From contig OZ220710.1 in assembly GCA_965116635.1 (NCBI GenBank), positions 325,638 to 389,637 on the forward strand: a DNA stretch of 64,000 nucleotides, given 5' to 3'. Every line of letters begins with the position of its first letter. Position 1 is the stretch's first letter. The notes under the pieces were generated by a model, which was given only the letters and a program-made list of their open reading frames with translations, did no database searches and was not told the DNA's origin. This stretch comes from Thermodesulfobacteriota bacterium. GTDB lineage: Bacteria > Desulfobacterota > Binatia > UBA9968 > JAJDTQ01. A program made the translations under genes and the position numbers. This document shows, in pieces, positions 40,192-50,244 of this stretch.

Positions 40192-40942
40192 TCGCACGGG
40201 CCACGAAGAACGCGTAGCCGTAGCAGTCCGAGTACGCCTTCCAGATATCGATCTCGCGCTGGCACTGATCGGCCAGCTCCAGCGCCTCGGCGCGATCGCA
40301 ATGCCGCGTTCGAAACGCCGTCACGTTCCGTTGAAGCGGACGGTAATAGTCATCCCACCATGCCGACCGGGGCAGCATGAAGTGCTCCACCGTCTCGTAC
40401 CCGCAAGCGTCGATGGCCGTCAGGAGGGCCGCTGTGTCCCGGATCGCGGGGTATTCCTGTTCCCAGAACGACACGCATTCCGCCGGCGGATCAAGACTCG
40501 TCCAGCAGACCTCGGTGAAGGCCACATGTCCGCTGCCCACAAGCAGGCGGCGCCAGTCACACAAGGAGGCCTCGACACCCGTGATGTAGATGGCGCCTTC
40601 GCACCAGATCAGGTCGAAAGAGGCGTCTGCGAAGTCGAGGCTTTGCATGTCGGCGATACGCGCCTCCACGCGCTCGGCGAGGCCGAGGCGGCGGGTTTCA
40701 CGGTTCAGTTCGTCGACGAACGGCGGATGGTTGTCAATGGCGACGATGCGGGCAGGGGAGTTCCGCGCCAGGACCCGCGTCTGCCGGCCGGTCCCGCAGC
40801 CGACGTCGAGAATGCGGGTTTCGGGTCCGATGCCGGGAACGAGGGAGAGGGCCCGGAGCGTGCTGGCGGCATCGCCGGGTCCCTGTTGCGGCAGACCGCT
40901 GAACAACTCGAAGAACAGCGCCGTCGTCGTGTCTTCCGCCAT
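40163..40942 (-). CDS. class I SAM-dependent methyltransferase
   Basis: Start at MAEDTT. RILDVGCGTGRQT (motif I), IVAIDN, FDLIWCEGAIY. Confidence 0.85.
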   Translation of the reverse strand: MAEDTTTALFFELFSGLPQQGPGDAASTLRALSLVPGIGPETRILDVGCGTGRQTRVLARNSPARIVAIDNHPPFVDELNRETRRLGLAERVEARIADMQSLDFADASFDLIWCEGAIYITGVEASLCDWRRLLVGSGHVAFTEVCWTSLDPPAECVSFWEQEYPAIRDTAALLTAIDACGYETVEHFMLPRSAWWDDYYRPLQRNVTAFRTRHCDRAEALELADQCQREIDIWKAYSDCYGYAFFVARAIKNLSSTHP

Positions 40943-41018
40943 GGTGTTAACCCCTGATGGCCAAGGTCGCTTCGATGCGCCTTGTCTTTGCCGGAATGGT
41001 TGGATAGGCAGGGAGATC

Positions 41019-42089
41019 ATGGCGCTGTTTCTGACCAACGAGGAAGTAGAGAAGCTGGTCACCGTCGAGGATGCCATCGAGGTGCTGGAGCCCACCTTCG
41101 CCGACCTCGGCGCGGGCCGGCTGTCGAGCCGTCCGCGTACGCTCAACTACACGGGTCTTGGTGACGGCGAGTTCTATCTCTACTCCTGCATGGATGCCTC
41201 GGTGCCGCGCTACGGCGTGCACCTGATACGGATGACATCGGAACATCTGTCGCGCAAGGTGGTGAAGGGTTTTCCCCGGCGTTACCAGATTCCCAATCGC
41301 GCCGGCAAGTTCTCGGGCCTGATCATCATGTTCAGCATCGAGGACCACGCACCGCTGGCGCTGTTCCAGGACGCCGTGCTGAACCGCACCATGATCGGCG
41401 CCACCAGCGGCATCGCCGCCAAGTATCTCAGCCGGGCCGACAGCGAGGTGATGGCGCTGCTGGGCGCCGGATGGCTGGCGCCGACCCAGGTGATCGGCCA
41501 CTGCGCGGTCCGGCCGATCCGGGAGATCCGTGTTTACTGCCCCACGGAGGAGCACAAGCTCGGACTGTGCGAGGCCATGCAGGGGCGGGTATCCGCCAAG
41601 CTGATCCCGGTGACCAGCACGGAGGAGGCGGTGGAGGGCGCCGACATCATCGCCTGCGCCACCAACTCCTATGAGCCGGTTTTCGACGGCGCCATGCTCA
41701 AGCCCGGCCACTACGTCGGCTCGCTTCAGGTGGGAGAACTCGACGACCTCACCCACGAGACCGCCGACACCATCACCGCGCGAGCCCGCGAACCCGCCAC
41801 CATCTGGCACATGAAGACCGGCGACGCACCGCCCGACCAGTTATGGCTGGAGCGCTGGAAGCCCCACTGGAACGACAAGCTCAAGTTCCTGGGCGAGATC
41901 GTCGAAGGACTCGACCATGGGCGCACCAGCGACGACGACATCACGCTGTTCGGCGGCGTCGGCACCGGCCCCTCCAGCGGGCTCGGCCTGCAGTACATAC
42001 CGGCCTGGGTAGCCTACAACCGAGCTCGCGAACAGGGCATCGGTTTCGAGATTCCGGACGAGTTGTTCCTGCAGGACGTGCATCCGTAG
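41019..42089 (+). CDS. ornithine cyclodeaminase / mu-crystallin family protein
   Basis: Start at MALFLTNEEV. ALLGAGWLAPTQV Rossmann motif; 356 aa. The upstream part of the track ORF is antisense to the methyltransferase. Confidence 0.8.
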   Translation: MALFLTNEEVEKLVTVEDAIEVLEPTFADLGAGRLSSRPRTLNYTGLGDGEFYLYSCMDASVPRYGVHLIRMTSEHLSRKVVKGFPRRYQIPNRAGKFSGLIIMFSIEDHAPLALFQDAVLNRTMIGATSGIAAKYLSRADSEVMALLGAGWLAPTQVIGHCAVRPIREIRVYCPTEEHKLGLCEAMQGRVSAKLIPVTSTEEAVEGADIIACATNSYEPVFDGAMLKPGHYVGSLQVGELDDLTHETADTITARAREPATIWHMKTGDAPPDQLWLERWKPHWNDKLKFLGEIVEGLDHGRTSDDDITLFGGVGTGPSSGLGLQYIPAWVAYNRAREQGIGFEIPDELFLQDVHP

Positions 42090-42188
42090 AAACCGGAACG
42101 ACGTCACCGCTTTCAAAAGTGACCCCAGCAGGTCCAAGAGGCAGGCATCTGTTGCCATTGTCGGGCTGCGTCGCCATCGAGAGGTGGA

Positions 42189-42866
42189 ATGAGGAGGCGT
42201 TGCTGGAGTAGAATTGAACATGAGAGGATGATCTGGGAGGACGAGCGTATGACCCGGATGACCGGACCCGAAATTACCTCACAGGAAGCGCTGAATACCC
42301 TGCTGCGCGATACCTTGCCGCGTCAGGGTGCCTGGAATGACGAGGGCTACTTGTGGCTCACGGACTACAGCCGCCGGTTGATCGAGTTCACCGACGGTTA
42401 CATCGAGGAACTGCCCATGCCCACGTCCACGCACCAAGCCATCCTCTTGTTTCTCTATGAACTGTTCCGCGACTACTTGAGACCTCTCGGCGGCGTCGCG
42501 ATGGTCTCGGCGCTGCGTATGCGCATCCGCGAAGGCAAGTTCCGCGAACCGGACGTCCTGCTCCTGCGCCATCGTTCGGACCCGCGCTACCAGGACCGCT
42601 ACTGGCTGGGCGCGGACTTGGTGGCCGAGGTCGTGAGCCCCGACGATCCGGAACGGGACCTGGTGGAGAAGCGCGCCGACTACGCCGAGGGCGGCATCCC
42701 CGAGTACTGGATCGTGGACCCCCGGGACAACACCATCACGGTGCTCACCCTCAAAGGCGACGCATACGTCGAGCACGGCGTGTTCCGCCGCGGCGACGAC
42801 GCCAGCTCACTGCTGCTCGAAGGCTTCACCGCCGATGTGGCAGCGGTGTTCGATGCCCCGGAGTAA
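42189..42866 (+). CDS. Uma2-family (DUF820) endonuclease
   Basis: PDVLLL, ADLVAEVVSPDD, YAEGGIPEYWIVDP. The true start is probably an internal ATG (42228, 42249 or 42258). Confidence 0.75.
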   Translation: MRRRCWSRIEHERMIWEDERMTRMTGPEITSQEALNTLLRDTLPRQGAWNDEGYLWLTDYSRRLIEFTDGYIEELPMPTSTHQAILLFLYELFRDYLRPLGGVAMVSALRMRIREGKFREPDVLLLRHRSDPRYQDRYWLGADLVAEVVSPDDPERDLVEKRADYAEGGIPEYWIVDPRDNTITVLTLKGDAYVEHGVFRRGDDASSLLLEGFTADVAAVFDAPE

Positions 42867-43052
42867 GCAAACGGGCAAACTGGCGCCGTTCGACAGCGGC
42901 ACTCCGCTCAGGACGAACGCTTCATGCTAACCGGTCGTCGGAACTCTTCCATGCGCTCGTAGACGACCAGTCCGAGACGGTCCTGTCGCCGCAGATTTCG
43001 ACAGGCGGCGGATGTCGCCGACATCTCCGGTCGTGACGGAGGTTGAGGCAGG

Positions 43053-43379
43053 TCAACGCCCTGTGGGTGAATCGTGGTCGTGGAGGCCCAGTCCCAGAAC
43101 GAAACGGTCGCCGCAGGCTTCCGACAGGCGGCGAAGGCCCGCGAAGTCTCGAGAAATCACTGTGGCGGAGGCCTTGACCTCGATTCCGACCACTCGCCCG
43201 CGCCGGTCCTCAATGACGATATCGACCTCTTTCCGCTCCTTGTCACGGAAATGCGAGAACTCGTAGCGCTCTTGGGACCAACTGGCCAGTTTCAGGAGTT
43301 CGCCGAGAACGAAAGTCTCCAGGACAGGTCCGAACAGCGCCTTGTCTTCCCTGACGCGTTCGGGGGTGCATCCGACCAA
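43053..43379 (-). pseudogene. C-terminal remnant of a DUF4143-containing AAA+ ATPase
   Basis: Only about 108 aa (GPVLETFVLGELLK...KEVDIVIEDRRGRVVGIEVKASATV), corresponding to the C-terminal DUF4143 part. No AAA domain lies upstream. Confidence 0.55.
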
Positions 43380-43463
43380 ATGAAAGTCAAGGAGCGACCA
43401 ATTGAAAGTGAAGCACCGGCCGATTGAAAGCCTGTGCAGGGGGGCAGGCTTGGGATGCCGCCT

Positions 43464-44867
43464 CTACTCGCTGGTCACGCAGGCCTTCAGCCCCTCCCGC
43501 GAGCCCCGGTCCCATTCCTCTTCGTAGTTGGGCCAGTCGTTCAGGAAGAGCATGTCGTCGTAGGTGGCGTGGCCGGAGCCCCAGCGGCGTTCGGGGTGCA
43601 CGGAGTCGTGGTGGGGGAAGGGGAGGCGGTATTTCTTCCAGCTCTCGTAGTAGCGGCGCATGATCTGGATGTAGAACTCGAGCGGGATGGCGGGCTGCTC
43701 GTGCTGCGAGACGAGGTCGGAGCCGGGCTCCCGGCGCCACTGGTTGAAGCGCGGGAACACGCCGTGGCGCATCATGAAGTCGACGCCGTCGCCGGTGGAC
43801 TTGACCGCGTCCGGGATGTTGTCGAAGCCGTAAGGCCGGGCCAGCTCCACGCCGCAGACGAAGTTGGGCCGGGCGTTGCCCTCGCCCAGGACTTCCACCG
43901 ACTCGATCATCCACTTGACCCAGTTGTCCCAGCCGATGCGGCGGTTCTTGCCCGGGTTGATCCACTCGAACAGCCGCTTGTCCCAGACCTCCATGTTGGC
44001 GTGGTGGCAGTCCACGCCCTCGGCGCGGTAGCGCTTCATGGTCTCCTTGTCCTTGGCGTTGGTCTGGATGTTGATGTAGCGGCGGTGGCCGCCCCACTTG
44101 AGGGCCGAGGCGTATTCCAGGTAGAAGTCGTCCTCCGACTTGCGATGGAGGGTCTTCAGGATGGTGCCGCCGGAGATCAGGAAGTCGATGGGCGGAGCGT
44201 AGCCCACCTCGTCGATGGCGTCCTGCTCGATGGAGCGGGCCACCTCGGCGACGTAGGACACGGGTTTCACCGGGGTGTTGAAGGTGAAGTCCCGGGACTC
44301 CTTCATCTGCCGCACGTTGACGTTGATGTCGCAGAAGCGGCACTCCTCGTCCGGCCCCCAGTACTGGCAGTTGCGGAACACCGTGGCGAAATAGCCGAAG
44401 GCGATGATCTCGTGGTACTTGGTGCCGTCCTCGAAGGACCGCGTGTAGTATTTCAGCGGCTTGGGGAAGCTCACGTCACAGATCTCGCGGCCGTCCAGCA
44501 ACAGCCGCACCTCCCCGTCGATCACGTCGATGACATAAGGCGAATCGGGGTTCAGGGTGGTCTGTACGATGACGGGACGGAGGCCCAGGTGGCCGCCGCG
44601 GATGGCGAACCACTCGGGTGTCCTGCGGTGCTCCTTGCGCTTCATGTCCTTCATGGACATGAGATCGTAGGAGAACAGCCGGTAGGACTTGACCAGGGCG
44701 TCGGAGGCCAGCTCCAGGGCGGCGTCGGTGAACCAGTGGCCGACCCGCAGAAGGTCCATCTTGAGGATCACCTCCCGGGGCATGTCCTCGTAGTTGCGCA
44801 GGTGCCACTCGAGGTATTCCGTCTCGCTGGACGACGTGACGCTGTCAAGTTCGATCGTGGTGGTCAT
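43464..44867 (-). CDS. uncharacterised radical-SAM-like protein with a non-canonical CX8CX2C cluster motif
   Basis: 467 aa. FRNCQYWGPDEECRFCD (Cys167/176/179, nt 44331-44369), followed by FLISGG. Last gene of the Bug-thiolase-DUF35-amidohydrolase string. Confidence 0.45.
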   Translation of the reverse strand: MTTTIELDSVTSSSETEYLEWHLRNYEDMPREVILKMDLLRVGHWFTDAALELASDALVKSYRLFSYDLMSMKDMKRKEHRRTPEWFAIRGGHLGLRPVIVQTTLNPDSPYVIDVIDGEVRLLLDGREICDVSFPKPLKYYTRSFEDGTKYHEIIAFGYFATVFRNCQYWGPDEECRFCDINVNVRQMKESRDFTFNTPVKPVSYVAEVARSIEQDAIDEVGYAPPIDFLISGGTILKTLHRKSEDDFYLEYASALKWGGHRRYINIQTNAKDKETMKRYRAEGVDCHHANMEVWDKRLFEWINPGKNRRIGWDNWVKWMIESVEVLGEGNARPNFVCGVELARPYGFDNIPDAVKSTGDGVDFMMRHGVFPRFNQWRREPGSDLVSQHEQPAIPLEFYIQIMRRYYESWKKYRLPFPHHDSVHPERRWGSGHATYDDMLFLNDWPNYEEEWDRGSREGLKACVTSE

Positions 44868-44924
44868 GGTCGCGGTCTCCCCGGCCGATGCGGAACCAGT
44901 GTCCTTTCCGGCCTGGCGGACATC

Positions 44925-44947
44925 AGGGGCGACCGCCGGTCGCCCCT
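44925..44947. repeat. small GC-rich palindrome AGGGGCGACC-GCC-GGTCGCCCCT
   Basis: 10-bp perfect stem in the intergenic gap. A related copy (GGGCGACC-TGC-GGTCGCCC) lies at 58965-58983 inside MITE copy B. Confidence 0.8.
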
Positions 44948-44994
44948 ACAGTGTGGGGCACGTTCCCTCCGGGACATTTCCGCGGCGCAGTTTC

Positions 44995-46359
44995 CTACCC
45001 CGCGTAGCGCGGCACGATGTTGGTCGGCGTGTACTCGGCCGGCGCCTCGGTGACGAACAGTTCCGGCTCGATGCCGTAGAGGCGCCGGGCGTTGCCGCCC
45101 AGCATCTTTTCCTGCACCTCCCGGGGCACGCCGTGCTTGTCCATGTTGTCCACGGCTTCCCAGGTGTCCGAGGCGTCGTGGTGCGGCATGTCCGACGACC
45201 ACAGGGCGATGTTCTCGAAGATGTCCCAGAGCCGGAGGGTGATGTCCTCGTCGCTCTCGAAGGCGATGAAGCACTGCCGCTCGAAGGTCTCCCTCGGGTC
45301 GGCGACCTTCTGCGGCGGCACGGCCTGTTCACGCACGAAGCGGTAGAGGTCGAGGTAGGTTTCGGCCTTTTCCAGGATCAACGGCAGCCAGCTCGAGTTG
45401 GATTCCAGGATGGCGACCCTGAGCTTGGGGAACTTCTCCAGCCAGCCGGTGAGCATCACCACCATGGTCCAGGTCTGGGCCTCGCTGATGAAGCTCAGGG
45501 ACTCGGAGCCGGGCTGCACCGAGCCCATGCTGCGCATGATGTTCTCCACGAACTGCCCGGGCGAGTACACATGGACTTCGTGGGCGGTGAACGGGGAGCG
45601 TTTGGCGCTGCTCTTGCCCTGGATGCCGGTCGACATCCTCTCGGCCATGGCCGCGGTCACGGCTTCTCCACCCGAGGGAAACGTATGCATTCCCAGGGCC
45701 AGCCCCAGCTCCTCGAACTCCTTCCACAAGGGATCGAACTCGGGAAAGGTGGGGTAGCGGTCGTTCACCAGCACCGGCCGCACCACCGCGGACTTGAAGC
45801 CCAGCCTGGCCACGCGGCGGAGCTCTTGGATCGCATAGTCCACATCCTGCACTGGCAGCACGGCGCAGGGAAAGAGCCGCTTCCGGTCGGCGGCGCAGTA
45901 GTCGTTGACCCAGTCGTTGTAGGCGGCGGCGCAGATCCGGGCGGCGTCCGGGTTCTTCACCAGCGGCATGCGCACGAAGGTGGACGGGAACACCATCACC
46001 TGGTCGATGCCCGACGCGTCCATGTCCTTGAGGCGGACGTGGGGGTCCCGCTGGCTGGCGTTGCGGCCGATCTCCTGGTCCCATCGGGGGTCGTCGGGCG
46101 CGATGGAGCCCAGGATCTTCTTGTTCATGCCCGGGTGCCAGCCCTGTCCCGGATAGGCGTAGGTGTTGGGGTTGCCGTAGCTCACCTGGCCGTTCACGAC
46201 CATCACGAGCCGGTCCATGTCCCGGTAGAAATGCTGCTTGGCGAACGCCCGCTGCTTCTCCGGTATGTACTCGTCCCAGACCTCCCGGGGTTCGTGGATG
46301 TGACTGTCGCAGTCGAAGACGGGAAAATCCTTGGTACGCCCTTGTGCCGTGTAAGCCAT
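44995..46359 (-). CDS. amidohydrolase-2 family metal-dependent hydrolase/decarboxylase (ACMSD-like)
   Basis: FDCDSHIHEP (HxH), ...WSSDMPHHD...; 454 aa. Confidence 0.85.
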   Translation of the reverse strand: MAYTAQGRTKDFPVFDCDSHIHEPREVWDEYIPEKQRAFAKQHFYRDMDRLVMVVNGQVSYGNPNTYAYPGQGWHPGMNKKILGSIAPDDPRWDQEIGRNASQRDPHVRLKDMDASGIDQVMVFPSTFVRMPLVKNPDAARICAAAYNDWVNDYCAADRKRLFPCAVLPVQDVDYAIQELRRVARLGFKSAVVRPVLVNDRYPTFPEFDPLWKEFEELGLALGMHTFPSGGEAVTAAMAERMSTGIQGKSSAKRSPFTAHEVHVYSPGQFVENIMRSMGSVQPGSESLSFISEAQTWTMVVMLTGWLEKFPKLRVAILESNSSWLPLILEKAETYLDLYRFVREQAVPPQKVADPRETFERQCFIAFESDEDITLRLWDIFENIALWSSDMPHHDASDTWEAVDNMDKHGVPREVQEKMLGGNARRLYGIEPELFVTEAPAEYTPTNIVPRYAG

Positions 46360-46436
46360 CCGTCACTCCTGGCGGGGTGCCCCGCCCGGCGCGCGCGGGG
46401 CGGCCGGACGGGCGGACCCAAGGTTATGGCCGAGCT

Positions 46437-46880
46437 TTATGCGCTCGGCTTGAACTTCGGCAGCGTGTACTCGTCGTGGTCTTCGAACACCACCTCCACC
46501 GCCATCCCCACCTTCACCTCGTCCGGCGGGATGTCGACGACGTTGCTCACCAGCCGCGGCCCCTCGTCGAGGTCGATGAGCGAGACGTTGTAGGGGATCT
46601 GGTCCTGGTACGCCGGATGCCACGCACGGTGGTAGGTGACGAAGGAGTAGATGGTGCCCTTGCCGCTCACCGAAACCCATTCGTTGTCCGGCGAGAGGCA
46701 CTTGGCGCAGAGCGCCTGGGGCGGGAAGCTGAAGTACGCCTGGCACGCGTTGCAGCGCTGTACCGTGAGCTTGTGCTCCTTCAGGTTGTCCCAGAAGGGC
46801 TTGGCCTCCATCTCCGCGAGAAAAGGTTCGTTGCGTGGCGCGGCGCGCCCGCGCTTGTCGTGGGCCTCGGTCTTGCTCAT
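46437..46880 (-). CDS. DUF35 Zn-ribbon / OB-fold protein
   Basis: Start at MSKTEAH, overlapping the thiolase stop (ATGA). CNACQAYFSFPPQALCAKC zinc ribbon, then an OB-fold (GTIYSFV...VSLIDLDEG). Confidence 0.85.
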   Translation of the reverse strand: MSKTEAHDKRGRAAPRNEPFLAEMEAKPFWDNLKEHKLTVQRCNACQAYFSFPPQALCAKCLSPDNEWVSVSGKGTIYSFVTYHRAWHPAYQDQIPYNVSLIDLDEGPRLVSNVVDIPPDEVKVGMAVEVVFEDHDEYTLPKFKPSA

Positions 46881-48031
46881 TGTACCCCCAATACGAGTGA
46901 TGCGTGCATGCACAGGCTGCCGCCGTGGCCGCTGATGATGCCCGCCCGGGCACCCTGCACCTGCCGCTCCGGCTCCACCTCGTTGCCGCGCAACTGTTTG
47001 ACGCCCTCGGTGACGTGCATGATCCCCTCGAGATGGGCCTGGGAGAGCAGCCCGCCGTGGGTGTTCACGGGAATCTCGCCGCCCACCTCGATGCGGCCGT
47101 CCTTGACGAAGTCCTTGCCCTCGCCCTTGCCGCAGAAACCGTAGTCCTCGATGGTGATCAGTGTGGTGATGGTGAAACAGTCATAGATCTGGGCGAAGGC
47201 CATATCCTTGGGTCCGAGCCCGGCCATCCTGTACGCCGCTTCGGAAGACTTCCGGCTCCCCAGTGTGGTCAGCGTGGGCGCGTCCATGACGCTGGAGTGC
47301 GGATGGTGCTGCCCCATGCCGAGCACCTGCACCGGCTTCTTGGGCAGGTCCCTGGCCCGTTCCATGCTGGTCACCAGCAGGGCCGCGCCCCCGTCCGACT
47401 CCAGCGAACAGTCGAACAGGTGCAGCGGCTCCACGATCAGACGCGAGGCCTGGTGGTCTTCGATGGTCATGGGCTTCTGCATAGTGGCGTTCTTGTTCAT
47501 GCAGGCGTGTTTCCGCGTCGACACCGCCACCTGGCCCAGGTCCTCGCTGGTGGTGCCGAACTCGTGCATGTGGCGCGTGGCCGCGAACGCGTGGTTGGCC
47601 ACCGCGGAGAAATGGCCCCAGGGCTGCTCCCAGTGCTCGTCGCCGCTACGGATGGGATAGCCCGGGGTGGGGTCCGGCGTCGCCCGCTTGCGCGCGTGCA
47701 CGCACACCACGTAGTTGGCCATGCCGGCCTCGATGGCCATCACCGCATTCTGGATCATGGCGATGGGGGTGGCGCCCCCAAGGGCCAGGTCGGTGGCGTA
47801 GCTGGGATCGATGCCCGCCATGTGCGCCAGCCGCACCGCGTAGCTCCGGTGGGCGTCCGTCAGCGGCTGGTTGGTCAGGAGGCCGTCCACCTGGGAGGCG
47901 CTGATTCCCGCGTCTTCCAGGCACAGGCGGATGGCTTCCACGTGCAGCGAGTTGGTGGTGGCTTCGGGCCGCTTGCCCACCTGGGTCTCGCCGACGCCGA
48001 CGACGGCGTACTTGCCCGATAGGTTTGACAT
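46877..48031 (-). CDS. thiolase-like protein, SCP-x / nonspecific lipid-transfer type
   Basis: YAVVGVGETQVGK, ...LFDCSLESDGGAALLV..., NTHGGLLS. Paired with DUF35, as is typical. Confidence 0.88.
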   Translation of the reverse strand: MSNLSGKYAVVGVGETQVGKRPEATTNSLHVEAIRLCLEDAGISASQVDGLLTNQPLTDAHRSYAVRLAHMAGIDPSYATDLALGGATPIAMIQNAVMAIEAGMANYVVCVHARKRATPDPTPGYPIRSGDEHWEQPWGHFSAVANHAFAATRHMHEFGTTSEDLGQVAVSTRKHACMNKNATMQKPMTIEDHQASRLIVEPLHLFDCSLESDGGAALLVTSMERARDLPKKPVQVLGMGQHHPHSSVMDAPTLTTLGSRKSSEAAYRMAGLGPKDMAFAQIYDCFTITTLITIEDYGFCGKGEGKDFVKDGRIEVGGEIPVNTHGGLLSQAHLEGIMHVTEGVKQLRGNEVEPERQVQGARAGIISGHGGSLCMHASLVLGVQ

Positions 48032-48113
48032 GACTGTGCTCCTTGTTCCCAACGGGTGCCGGCCATATGCCGGAACCCGCCGGGATCGGTCATAAGCTCT
48101 TGATCGAACGGTC

Positions 48114-49157
48114 CTACTTGTCCAGGCCGACGATCCTGCGCGCGCGGCTCACCACCTCCGGCGTCATCTGCTTCTTCATGTCGGCGATGAGGCCCGTAAG
48201 GTACTCACCGCTCCTGGGGTTGATGTCGAGCCGCGCCCGCTTGGCGTCCGCCAGAAATGCGGGGTCCTTCAGGATGGCGTCGAAGGCTTTGCGCAGCACG
48301 GCCACCCTGTCCTTGGGCGTCCCCGGGGGCAGCGCCCAGGGCCGTACCATGGCGGCCGGAAGGAGCAGGACCTTCATGAAGGCCACGTCCGCGGGCTTGG
48401 TGATCTTGTCGTTCAGACCCGGCACGTTTCGCGCCTCAAGCTCGGGGTGACGTTCCTCGCTGATGTAGGTGATGAGCTTGATGGAGCCCTCTTCGAGCAT
48501 GGACATGCCGGTGGACTTCACCGAGTCCCAGGTCCATCCGGTAAGGGCGTCCACCTCTTTCTGCAGCAGCCCCGCGCGCACCGGCGCCGTCCCCTTGTAA
48601 CCGGGGACGATCTTGGAGGTCTTGCCGAAGATGTCGTTCATGGCCAGGGGAATGCTGCAGGTCAGGCTGTTGCGCGCGGTGCAGCCGAAGATCAACGGCT
48701 CGGTCTTGGTGTCGAGCCACTGGTCCATGCTCTGGATGGGCGAGCCCTTGCGCACCGCCACGGTGATGGGGCTGGTATTGGCCAGCCCCAGCCAGATGAA
48801 CTTGTTGACGTCGTACCGGATCCCCGGAAAGTTCAGGAACTGCGCCTGCGCCACGGTCCAGGTGGGGTGCACGAGGGCGAGGCCGTCCCGCTTGGTGATG
48901 TTGTACACGTAGTTGGTGCCGATGAGTCCGCTGCCGCCGGGTATGTTGATGACGATGACGTTGGGCTTGCCCGGGATATGCTTCCCCAAGTGTCTCGCGA
49001 ACAGCCGCGAGTAGGTATCGTAACCGCCCCCCGGGGAGCTTACCGAAACGATCTTGACCGTCTTGTTCTCGTAAAACGACGCTGCTCCGGCAATGCTGCC
49101 GCCGGCGGTTGCCATCGCCGCCATGATGAAACCGATGAGTGCTACTCGCAGAAACAT
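48114..49157 (-). CDS. Bug/TctC-family periplasmic substrate-binding protein
   Basis: Signal peptide, then SPGGGYDTYSRLFARHL, NIPGGSGLIG, GYKGTAPV. Confidence 0.88.
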   Translation of the reverse strand: MFLRVALIGFIMAAMATAGGSIAGAASFYENKTVKIVSVSSPGGGYDTYSRLFARHLGKHIPGKPNVIVINIPGGSGLIGTNYVYNITKRDGLALVHPTWTVAQAQFLNFPGIRYDVNKFIWLGLANTSPITVAVRKGSPIQSMDQWLDTKTEPLIFGCTARNSLTCSIPLAMNDIFGKTSKIVPGYKGTAPVRAGLLQKEVDALTGWTWDSVKSTGMSMLEEGSIKLITYISEERHPELEARNVPGLNDKITKPADVAFMKVLLLPAAMVRPWALPPGTPKDRVAVLRKAFDAILKDPAFLADAKRARLDINPRSGEYLTGLIADMKKQMTPEVVSRARRIVGLDK

Positions 49158-49203
49158 GTTGGGTCTCCCTCCTGTTGCTCCAATCCGATTTCCATGAGAC
49201 CGA

Positions 49204-50244
49204 TCACTTCTCCAGGCCGATGATCTTCCGGGCGCGGCTCAGCACCTCCGGGGTCATCTGCGTCTTCATGTTGGCGATGAGGTCGGTCAGCCACTTGCCG
49301 CTCTTGGGGTTGATGTCCAGGCGGGTGCGCTTGGCGTCCTTCAGGAACCCGGGGTCCTTCAGCGTGGCCAGGAATGCCGTCTTCAGCATCCCCACGCGGT
49401 CGGCCGGCGTCCCCGGGGGCACGGCCCACGGCCGCAGCATGGCCGCCGGCAGGAGCAGCACCTTCATGAACGCCACGTCCGCGGGCTTGGTGATCCTTTC
49501 GTTCAGGAACGGCACCTTGCGCTCGTCCAGCTCCCCATGACGGTCGAAACCGATATAGGCGATGATCTTGGCGTCACCGTCGTCGAGCATCGACATGCCG
49601 GTGGATTTCACCGAGTCCCAACTCCACCCGGTCAGGCCGTCCACCTCGTTTTGCAGCAGCGCGGCGCGAATGCGCGCCGTCCCGACGTAGCCGGTTACGA
49701 CCTCGGAGGTCTTGCCGAAGATGCCGTTCAGGGCCAGGGGGATGCTGCAGGTCAGGCTGTTGAGCGACGTGCAGCCGAAGATCAGCGGCTTGGTCTTGGG
49801 ATCGAGCCACTGGTCCATCGTCTGGATCGGCGAGCCCTTGCGCACCACCGCGGTGATGGGGCCGCTGTTGGCCAGCCCCAGCCAGATCATCTTGGTGACG
49901 TCGTACTTGATGCCGGGGAAGTTCAGGTACTGCGCCTGGGCCACGCCCCAGCTCGGCTGGATCAGCGTGAGACCGTCCGGCTTGGTCACGTTGTAGACGT
50001 AGTTGGTGCCGATAAGGCCGCTGGCGCCGGGAATGTTGACGACGATGACCTTGGGCTTGCCCGGGATATGCTTGCCGAGATGGCGCGCGAAAAGCCGGGA
50101 GTAGGTGTCGTAGCCGCCGCCCGGCGCATGCACCGATACGATCTTGACGGTCTTCTTTTCATAGAAAGACGCCGCGCCGGCCACGCTTCCGCATACCAGC
50201 AGCGCCGCCATGATGAGTCCGATCCATGCGATTCGTCGAAACAT
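49204..50244 (-). CDS. Bug/TctC-family periplasmic substrate-binding protein (tandem paralogue)
   Basis: AAGGAG RBS, then ATG 50244. Highly similar to the 48114-49157 product throughout. Confidence 0.88.
   Translation of the reverse strand: MFRRIAWIGLIMAALLVCGSVAGAASFYEKKTVKIVSVHAPGGGYDTYSRLFARHLGKHIPGKPKVIVVNIPGASGLIGTNYVYNVTKPDGLTLIQPSWGVAQAQYLNFPGIKYDVTKMIWLGLANSGPITAVVRKGSPIQTMDQWLDPKTKPLIFGCTSLNSLTCSIPLALNGIFGKTSEVVTGYVGTARIRAALLQNEVDGLTGWSWDSVKSTGMSMLDDGDAKIIAYIGFDRHGELDERKVPFLNERITKPADVAFMKVLLLPAAMLRPWAVPPGTPADRVGMLKTAFLATLKDPGFLKDAKRTRLDINPKSGKWLTDLIANMKTQMTPEVLSRARKIIGLEK

Noticed and set aside
40590-41018. N-terminal 143-aa extension of the OCD/mu-crystallin ORF
   Set aside because: The extension is antisense to the well-supported methyltransferase gene and has Arg/Ser-rich non-coding-like composition. 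The conserved OCD N-terminus begins at ATG 41019.
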